41,505 bases of DNA, from NCBI GenBank assembly GCA_016208875.1, contig JACQXD010000006.1, forward strand, positions 1 through 41,505, read 5' to 3'. This DNA comes from Nitrospirota bacterium (GTDB taxonomy: Bacteria > Nitrospirota > Thermodesulfovibrionia > Thermodesulfovibrionales > UBA1546). A model generated the notes under the pieces. That model worked only from the letters and a program-made list of their open reading frames with translations. It was not told the DNA's origin and did no database searches. Numbering within the stretch: position 1 is the first letter of the stretch; every line of letters starts with the position of its first letter. The position numbers were made by a program, and so were the translations under genes. Shown here one piece after another: positions 35,180 to 41,505 of the stretch.

Positions 35180-36741
35180 ATGACAACCTCATAGACGCCG
35201 ACCTCCATTGTCTTTCCCTTTACCTTCTGCATCCCTATGGGTTTAGTAGGAAAAATACCCTTTATCTGCTCGTGCGTTGTCTCGCCGATATATATCTTTC
35301 CGGGAACCGCCATCTTTTCCAGTCTGGCTGCAATATTAACGGTATCTCCTATCGCCGTATATTCTACCCTTTTTGTAGAACCGATATTGCCTATAACCGC
35401 AGGGCCGGTATTTATGCCGATCCTGATCTCAAATTTATTCAACTCTTTTATTGCCTTCTGTATGTAAATCGCAGCCCTCACCGCCATCTCTGTGAAGTCC
35501 CTATCACGAAATGGAGCCCCGAATATTGCCATCGCAGCATCGCCGATAAATTTGTCGATGCTTCCTTTATATTTAAAAACAGCATCCGTGATGATGTCAA
35601 AATACTCGTTTAAAAGTTTCGCTGTTCCCATCGGACCGAGTTTCTCGGAGAGCTGTGTAAAATCCTTAATATCGGTGAAAAGGACGGTTATCGTTCTTTC
35701 GTTTACATCGCAGTCCCCTTTCCCCTTGATTATCTCTTCCACTACCTGAGGGGAATGGTATCTCATGAGGCTCTGCCTTGCCTCGCTCTCGCTGCATATC
35801 TTATCTCTTAGACTCACCTGCTCTATACTTACTGCAGCTAAATTTCCTATAGTTGTAAGAAGATAGAGTTCGTCATGTGCGAACTGTCTGTCTGCATTCA
35901 GTATATCTACATAGATTGTTCCCACAACACTTTCCGTACCGAGCAAAGGAACGCACATTGCGGAACGAATACCGTAAAGGAAGATACTCTCCGATTCCTT
36001 GAATCTCGAATCCCTTTTGGTATCGGCAATTAGAAGTGAAATACCTTCATCCATAACCCTGTTTATTACCGTCCTGCTCAACATTAATTTATGCCCGCCC
36101 TTCTCGTCTCCGTTTAGTGAGGCTGCGACCGGATCGGAGGCGCCTCTGACGAAAACGGTCTTTAACGTGCCTGTTTTCTCATCTTTCATCAGGATATACA
36201 CCCTCTCGGCCTTAATATTACCGAGAATTGTGTCGGCCGTCATATTTAATATTGTACCGATCTCCGATTCCCTTAGGATATCTCTGCTGATACGGTAAAG
36301 GGCACTGAGCATTGCAGTCCGTTTCTTGAGAATATCTATGGAGGAATCTTCTTCCTCGACTTCCATTGCACCTTTCAGTATATCTTTTGAAGGCTTAATC
36401 ACCGTTTTAAAGCCGGAAGTATCTTCATCTACAAATATGCTTTCTTCTTCGGAATCTACGAGGAGGATATTGCCGCCTATGGCAATCGTATCACCGATTT
36501 TAATTATTGTACTACTGATCTTTGCGCCGTTGACCCATGTGCCGTTCTGGCTCTGGAGGTCTTTAACGATATACCGGCCGTTATCGAGAGATATCTCGGC
36601 GTGATGTCGGGAAACCCTTTTGTCTTCAAACGTAATATCATTATCCGCTGCCCTTCCGATCCTGAATGGGAAAGTCAGTACACGGTATCCGGTCCCCTTC
36701 TGTTTACCATCACTTATTATCAGTTTAAAAGCGTCCGGCAT
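35176..36741 (-). CDS. FHA-GAF-class III adenylate/guanylate cyclase
   Basis: N-terminal FHA domain (FRIGRAADNDITFEDKRVSRHHAEI...GTWVNG), a central GAF domain, and a C-terminal cyclase domain (ITVLFTDIKDFTQLSE...FIGDAAMAIFGAP...IRIGINTGPAVIGNIGS...YTAIGDTVNIAARLE). Confidence 0.85.
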   Translation of the reverse strand: MPDAFKLIISDGKQKGTGYRVLTFPFRIGRAADNDITFEDKRVSRHHAEISLDNGRYIVKDLQSQNGTWVNGAKISSTIIKIGDTIAIGGNILLVDSEEESIFVDEDTSGFKTVIKPSKDILKGAMEVEEEDSSIDILKKRTAMLSALYRISRDILRESEIGTILNMTADTILGNIKAERVYILMKDEKTGTLKTVFVRGASDPVAASLNGDEKGGHKLMLSRTVINRVMDEGISLLIADTKRDSRFKESESIFLYGIRSAMCVPLLGTESVVGTIYVDILNADRQFAHDELYLLTTIGNLAAVSIEQVSLRDKICSESEARQSLMRYHSPQVVEEIIKGKGDCDVNERTITVLFTDIKDFTQLSEKLGPMGTAKLLNEYFDIITDAVFKYKGSIDKFIGDAAMAIFGAPFRDRDFTEMAVRAAIYIQKAIKELNKFEIRIGINTGPAVIGNIGSTKRVEYTAIGDTVNIAARLEKMAVPGKIYIGETTHEQIKGIFPTKPIGMQKVKGKTMEVGVYEVVI

Positions 36742-36747
36742 TGTTTA

Positions 36748-36893
36748 CCCTGTGTCAGTGTTCAGTGTCCGTATTTTCAGTGTCTGTGTCAGTCCTCAGT
36801 GTCAGTTTTTTGCTGACACTGACACTATTCACTGACACTGATTTACTGTCACTGACACTGTTTTGTTGACACTAATCACTGACACTGTTCAGT
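36748..36893. repeat. Long imperfect palindrome of GTGTCAG/CTGACAC words centred on CAGTGTCAG-ttttttg-CTGACACTG
   Basis: The central perfect 9-bp stem is at 36797-36805 / 36813-36821, and the flanks repeat the same words. The right arm overlaps the ribBA 3' end. Confidence 0.85.
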
Positions 36894-38092
36894 ATATGGC
36901 CTAATTTCTTCTTCTTTGTCTTTAGATAGATAATATTTTTTTCATGCGGCTTCGTCTCTATCGGGACCCTCTCTACAACCTTCAGCCCGTATCCTTCAAG
37001 ACCTACAATCTTCTTGGGATTATTTGTCATCAGTCGCATCTTCCTTACACCGAGATCAACAAGCATCTGGGCACCTATACCGTAATCTCTGAGATCCGGC
37101 TTAAATCCAAGCTTTATATTCGCCTCCACAGTGTCGAGTCCCTTATCCTGCAGTTCGTATGACTTCAATTTATTAACCAGCCCTATGCCCCTTCCTTCCT
37201 GCCTCATGTACAGGACAACGCCCTTTCCCTCTTTCCTAACAAGCTCCATAGCCTTATGAAGTTGCTCACCGCAATCGCATCTCCTTGAACCAAAGACATC
37301 ACCTGTGAGGCATTCCGAATGCACTCTTACAAGGACTTCATCCTCATGTTTTATCTCCCCCTTTACAAGAGCAATATGGATATTGTTGTCCAGATCATTA
37401 GCGTATGCGAAAACCGTAAAATCTCCACCGTACTCTGTGGGCAGTTTTGTAACCGATATCCGTTTGACAAAAAGCTCTGCCCGCATCCTGTATTTAATAA
37501 GGTCTTTGACCGTTACAATCTTCATGTTATGTTTTTTGGAAAATTCCATGAGTTGGGGGACCCGCGACATTGTGCCGTCATCGTTCATGATCTCACATAT
37601 AACCCCTGCGGGATATAGCCCTGCAAGCCTTGCAAGATCGACAGAGCCTTCGGTCTGGCCGGCCCTCTGCAGCACACCTCCAGGTTTTGCCCTTAAAGGG
37701 AAAATATGTCCCGGTTTTGCAAGGTCTTCAGGATTTGTCTTTGGATTGATTGCCGTAAGTATTGTGGTTGCCCTATCAGAAGCCGAGATCCCTGTTGTCA
37801 CACCTTTTTTGGCCTCTATCGAGACTGTAAAGGCTGTACCAAAGGGCGAGGTATTATCATCCGTCATCATTTGAAGTTTTAACTGTCCCACCCGCTCCGT
37901 GGTAAGGGAAAGGCATATAAGCCCCCTGCCGTGTTTTGCCATAAAATTAATTGCATCGGGAGTCGCCTTCTCAGCCGCCATGCACAGATCTCCTTCGTTT
38001 TCGCGATCCTCATCGTCAACAAGGATGATCATCTTTCCCTTAGTTATATCATCTATTGCCTCGTCAATTGTATTGAATTTATACTTTTCCAT
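36872..38092 (-). CDS. ribBA: Bifunctional 3,4-dihydroxy-2-butanone-4-phosphate synthase / GTP cyclohydrolase II
   Basis: [11 protein letters not shown], the Zn site [18 protein letters not shown], and RQEGRGIGL. The last 6 codons plus the stop lie inside a repeat array. Confidence 0.95.
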   Translation of the reverse strand: MEKYKFNTIDEAIDDITKGKMIILVDDEDRENEGDLCMAAEKATPDAINFMAKHGRGLICLSLTTERVGQLKLQMMTDDNTSPFGTAFTVSIEAKKGVTTGISASDRATTILTAINPKTNPEDLAKPGHIFPLRAKPGGVLQRAGQTEGSVDLARLAGLYPAGVICEIMNDDGTMSRVPQLMEFSKKHNMKIVTVKDLIKYRMRAELFVKRISVTKLPTEYGGDFTVFAYANDLDNNIHIALVKGEIKHEDEVLVRVHSECLTGDVFGSRRCDCGEQLHKAMELVRKEGKGVVLYMRQEGRGIGLVNKLKSYELQDKGLDTVEANIKLGFKPDLRDYGIGAQMLVDLGVRKMRLMTNNPKKIVGLEGYGLKVVERVPIETKPHEKNIIYLKTKKKKLGHILNSVSD

Positions 38093-38101
38093 TGTAAAAA
38101 C

Positions 38102-38136
38102 CGTTACACGTTACGCGTAACGCGTTACGAGTTACG
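38102..38136. repeat. Five heptamers CGTTACA/CGTTACG/CGTAACG/CGTTACG/AGTTACG forming a palindrome between ribE and ribBA
   Basis: ccgttacacgttacgcgtaacgcgttacgagttacgg. It contains the ribE stop codon and ends 9 nt upstream of the ribBA ATG. Confidence 0.85.
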
Positions 38137-38785
38137 GATTCGTATATCCTCCTTCCATCAGAGTCTTCATAAAACCTGAATCTCTGCTGCCGTTTTTATT
38201 CAAAAATTTTGCAACATACTTTCCAAGAATGTCCACCTCGATGTTTACGGTATCTCCGGCACTCTTAAGGCCGATTGTAGTAAGCCTTGCCGTATGCGGG
38301 ATTATTACAACCCTAAAACCATCCCTCAAAACATCGACAACCGTAAGGCTGATACCATCTACGGCAACAGATCCCTTTTCGACAAGAAAATTTATTACAT
38401 CTGCCGGTGCCTCGATTTCAACCTTCATCATATCACCGACATTTATCTTTGAACGTATTTTACCTACGGTGTCGACATGTCCGGTTACAAAATGGCCGCC
38501 GATCTTTGAGTTAGCCCTCAATGAAGGCTCGAGGTTAATCTTATCCCCTGTCTTAAGGCTGCCGAGATTTGAACTTCTCAGGGTTTCATCAGAGAGGTCA
38601 AAAAAAAGTTCTGAATTCTGAGTTCTGAGTTCTGTGACTGTAAGACATACGCCATTTACTGAGATGCTGTCTCCCGTTTCTGCATCCGATGCAATCTCAT
38701 TTGCCCTTAACGAAAGTATCGCGCCACCGCTGCGTTTTTTAACCGCCGTTATATCGCCCATTTCAAGTATCAGACCGGTAAACAA
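38132..38785 (-). CDS. ribE: Riboflavin synthase (alpha subunit)
   Basis: MFTGLI...GDSISVNGVCLTV...ETL..SNLG...GD.INLE, with the motif duplicated in the second half (GSVAVDGISLTVV). Confidence 0.9.
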   Translation of the reverse strand: MFTGLILEMGDITAVKKRSGGAILSLRANEIASDAETGDSISVNGVCLTVTELRTQNSELFFDLSDETLRSSNLGSLKTGDKINLEPSLRANSKIGGHFVTGHVDTVGKIRSKINVGDMMKVEIEAPADVINFLVEKGSVAVDGISLTVVDVLRDGFRVVIIPHTARLTTIGLKSAGDTVNIEVDILGKYVAKFLNKNGSRDSGFMKTLMEGGYTNP

Positions 38786-38786
38786 A

Positions 38787-39143
38787 TCACCCCTCTATAT
38801 CTACGTCAAAATCAAGCGTCGTTTCATATATACCGAGTATGTCAACCGTTTCAGACCATGATGCCTTCACACGTACTACCTTACCCGATGATATAACCTC
38901 TATATCCTTCTCTTTCAACGGCAGCTTATGTTCCTGCGCCTTCTCATAAATCTGTCCCTTTGTCTTTTCAAGCTCTCCGACGCTGATCCTTGCAAGCTCA
39001 ATGGCATCGTTCTTAAACGCCGAATACCTATAATAAGGCATTCCAAACTGTACGCCGGCGTACATGAGAAATGCAATGGTTGCAATGACAAGGATAAATT
39101 TGAAAAAGCCATCCTCATTATTAAGCACTCTTAGTATTTTCAT
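38787..39143 (-). CDS. Hypothetical N-terminally anchored small protein
   Basis: 118 aa with one TM segment (FKFILVIATIAFLMYAGVQF). It is tightly packed between lepB (4-nt overlap) and ribE (1-nt gap). Confidence 0.5.
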   Translation of the reverse strand: MKILRVLNNEDGFFKFILVIATIAFLMYAGVQFGMPYYRYSAFKNDAIELARISVGELEKTKGQIYEKAQEHKLPLKEKDIEVISSGKVVRVKASWSETVDILGIYETTLDFDVDIEG

Positions 39144-39751
39144 TTTATCAGCCTCCCGATCCTGTTAAATCTAACCCAATGGTTTTGACTGTTCCATGAC
39201 CAATAGAGTATAAGCGACTTGCCCTTTATATCTTTTATATCCACATATCCCCAATAGCGGCTGTCATAACTCTGGTCACGGTTGTCCCCCATCACAAAAA
39301 ACTTATCCCTGGGCACGATGAGCGGTCCAAAATTGTCTCTCGGTTCGATCCCGCCGGGCCGTACGGAATTGTCCGTATGCTGCGCGTAAGGCTCGCTTGC
39401 CGGTTTACTATTAACATATATCTTTTTATTCCTCGACTCGATCACATCGCCCTCGACTGCAACTACCCTTTTTATGAAATCCCTTGAGGGATCTTCAGGA
39501 TATTTAAAGACAATTATATCTCCTTTTTCGGGTTTTTTAAATTTTAGAATTCTTTTGTCGGAAAAGGGGATCTTAGTGCCGTAGATAAACCTGTTGACAA
39601 GGATATGATCTCCTATAAGGAGAGTAGGTATCATAGATCCCGACGGGATCTTGAACGCCTGTACGACATATGCCCTTATCAACAGTGCGAGGACAAGCGC
39701 AGTGACTATTGCCTCTACATATTCCCATATTATCTTTTTTTTGTTCTTCAC
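39140..39751 (-). CDS. lepB: Signal peptidase I
   Basis: IPSGSMIPTLLIGDHILVNRF (catalytic Ser box), KRVVAVEGD (Lys box) and GDNRDQSYDSRYWG. Confidence 0.9.
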   Translation of the reverse strand: MKNKKKIIWEYVEAIVTALVLALLIRAYVVQAFKIPSGSMIPTLLIGDHILVNRFIYGTKIPFSDKRILKFKKPEKGDIIVFKYPEDPSRDFIKRVVAVEGDVIESRNKKIYVNSKPASEPYAQHTDNSVRPGGIEPRDNFGPLIVPRDKFFVMGDNRDQSYDSRYWGYVDIKDIKGKSLILYWSWNSQNHWVRFNRIGRLIK

Positions 39752-39774
39752 CCGAGATTCTCCTTATTCACCTT

Positions 39775-40776
39775 TTACCCCGCTATCTCTTTTGCCTTCG
39801 CAAGTCCATCCGTGACGGAAAATACAAGCCTTGCCGAGCCTATTATCCCCGCATCATTTCCCAGCGAAGACGGGATTATTTTTACCCTTTCAAAAATGGC
39901 CTTAAATGTCCTTCTGGACGCCTCTTTGATAGCCTCCTGCACATATATATTCCACGCACCGATAAGCCCACCGGTGAGGATTATAGCCTCGGGACTCAGT
40001 ATATTTATTATATTCGCAAAGCCTATACCAAGGTATCTCCCCGTATCTTTAAGTGCCTCCCTTGCAAGGTTGTCGCCCTCTAAGGCAAATTTATAAATAT
40101 CCTCTGTTGTCAGCTTATAATAATTACCCTCACAGCACTCTCTCAAGAGGCTTTCCGTCCCCTTTTCGAGTGCAGATATCACTTTTGTCTTCATTGCATT
40201 CGATGCAGCGTACAATTCAAGACATCCGGAGTTCCCGCACGGACATCTCTCGCCGTCCGCATTGATACTCATATGCCCGATCTCTGCAGCGACATCGGCA
40301 AGCCTCCCCTCATAGATGATCCCACCACCAATGCCGGTGCCGAGGGTGAGGAGGACAAAATCATTGAACTCCCTGCCGGCTCCCATCCATTTTTCTCCGA
40401 GTGCCGCAGCGCTGGCATCATTTTCGATAAATACAGTCACCGGGAATTGTTTTTGCAATAACTCCACAAAATTGACTCCTTCAACAGAATGTAGATTCGG
40501 GGAAAGAAGAACAACCCCTCTCTCTTTATCCACGAGTCCGGCTATTCCTATTCCTATGCCTGCAACATCATCCCGATATATGCTTCCTATCATCTTTTGC
40601 AGAGATTCCAGCACATTTCCCATGGAGGTCTCTTTTATTTTTTCGACGATCTCTCCATTGCGGGATATAAGGGCAACCCTTAAATTTGTTCCGCCGACAT
40701 CTATCCCTATGGCATATTTCTTTGACATAAATAGACTTATGAGGTTTAAAAATGAAGATTTTAAAAATTTTAACAT
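39775..40776 (-). CDS. ROK-family glucokinase
   Basis: YAIGIDVGGTNLRVA, ENDASAAALGE, GTGIGGGII and the Zn motif GHMSINADGERCPCGNSGCLE. An alternative start at 40728 (MSKKYAIGID) would remove an atypical 16-aa extension. Confidence 0.85.
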   Translation of the reverse strand: MLKFLKSSFLNLISLFMSKKYAIGIDVGGTNLRVALISRNGEIVEKIKETSMGNVLESLQKMIGSIYRDDVAGIGIGIAGLVDKERGVVLLSPNLHSVEGVNFVELLQKQFPVTVFIENDASAAALGEKWMGAGREFNDFVLLTLGTGIGGGIIYEGRLADVAAEIGHMSINADGERCPCGNSGCLELYAASNAMKTKVISALEKGTESLLRECCEGNYYKLTTEDIYKFALEGDNLAREALKDTGRYLGIGFANIINILSPEAIILTGGLIGAWNIYVQEAIKEASRRTFKAIFERVKIIPSSLGNDAGIIGSARLVFSVTDGLAKAKEIAG

Positions 40777-40920
40777 AAAAACCTTTATAGTGTAAAGAAT
40801 GGCAGATACAGAAATTGCCTGCTAAAGATATTACTTATCAAGTTTTTGTAGAACCATTCGTTGACTCATTAAGGTAATTCGTCACATTGAACCATTAAAT
40901 CGAGGAGTGTTATAGTTATT

Positions 40921-41505
40921 CATGGGAGCAACCGATGCTAAATGGAGTTTATTTTACAAACCCATCTTTCATCTTTTCCTTATAGCAATCGTCGGCTTTC
41001 TTGCTTACTCAGATACCTTCCGTGTGCCATTTCAGTTCGATGATATACCTAATATAGCCGAAAACTATAATCTTAGGGATTTAAGCAAATTCTGGCTTCC
41101 GTTAGAGTCAAGATGGTTTGGATCCTTGACATTTGCTCTAAACTATCGTCTTGGCAGTTTAGATGTAACAGGCTATCATATCTTCAACCTTTCAGTACAC
41201 ATTGCCAACGCAATCCTTGTTTACTTTCTCATGGTTTTAACATTTAAAACACCATACTTCGCAATGCGGAGTTCGGAATTCGGAGTTCGGAATTCAGAAA
41301 ATAATATTCCGCATTCCGCATTTGGCATTCCGCATTTCTTCTCGCCTATTCACCAATTCACCTATTTACCATTATTTATTTCTTTGCTATTCGTTGCACA
41401 TCCGATCCAGACACAGGCGGTCACATATATATTCCATAGTGTTACAACCCTTGCAACAATGTTCTATCTCTTATCGCTTGTGATTTATATAAAGTTCAGG
41501 ATACA
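40921..41505 (+). CDS. Polytopic membrane protein, TMTC/PMT-like glycosyltransferase N-terminus (DUF1736-type); 3' end outside window
   Basis: FRVPFQFDDIPNIAEN..., SLTFALNY..G.LDVTGYHIFNL..H and LLFVAHPIQTQAVTYI match the bacterial TMTC-like family. It carries a repeat-encoded insert. Confidence 0.6.

Noticed and set aside
35026-35613. 195-aa plus-strand ORF spanning the PP2C/cyclase junction.
   Set aside because: It is antisense to two well-supported genes, its composition is not protein-like, and no start context is visible.
35176-36741. The class III cyclase as a Pycsar/CBASS-type antiphage signalling enzyme.
   Set aside because: It is fused to FHA and GAF regulatory domains and coupled to a kinase/phosphatase pair. 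No effector gene (TIR, pore-forming TM, nuclease or similar) is adjacent. The architecture fits housekeeping signal transduction better.
38786-39143. Expectation of an FMN riboswitch upstream of the rib genes.
   Set aside because: ribE starts 1 nt after the preceding CDS, so there is no leader long enough to hold an FMN aptamer. None of the conserved FMN-element strings were seen in the window.

Overview
This is a 41.5-kb chromosomal segment of moderate to low GC. It comes from an uncultured-type, anaerobe-like bacterium; the protein style suggests a Nitrospirota/Thermodesulfovibrionia-like or deltaproteobacteria-like lineage, which cannot be proven from this window. Most content is housekeeping or signalling: class V aminotransferase, rdgB, a LivJ/K-type binding protein, fur-feoA, hldE-type heptose kinase, rimI, LOG-family protein, tRNA-Thr(CGU), MBL/RNase Z-like hydrolase, galT-like and glgA genes, a 1,400-aa HAMP-GAF-PAS histidine kinase with a CheY-like regulator, rlmD, ruvA/ruvB, ychF, mltG, ispG, ribE-ribBA, lepB and a ROK glucokinase. 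Seven things stand out. (1) A DsbC-family oxidoreductase has an in-frame TGA replacing the first Cys of its CxxC motif, followed by a hairpin, so it is a likely selenoprotein. (2) A family of 7-nt-periodic, palindromic mosaic repeats (heptamer arms plus GC-rich hairpin cores) fills almost every intergenic gap. These repeats also sit in frame inside coding sequence: the histidine kinase GAF domain, ribE, a TMTC-like membrane protein and a hemD remnant. They supply the 5' or 3' ends of several genes as well. (3) Two exported proteins share a leader built from four perfect heptamer units, which is a possible slipped-strand switch. (4) A translationally coupled operon encodes an FHA-GAF-class III cyclase, a PP2C phosphatase, a Hanks kinase with a PEGA domain, and a large PEGA/FN3 exported protein. 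(5) A decayed accessory islet splits ruvA from ruvB and holds methyltransferase fragments, a possible hsdR tail and an intact RelE/ParE pair. (6) An orphan beta-class DNA methyltransferase converges on ispG across a shared G9 tract. (7) Several genes show internal deletions or remnants: the cobA-hemD fusion, the glgA N-terminus and a DUF433/DUF5615 pair. No CRISPR array, rRNA, transposase or integrase was seen.
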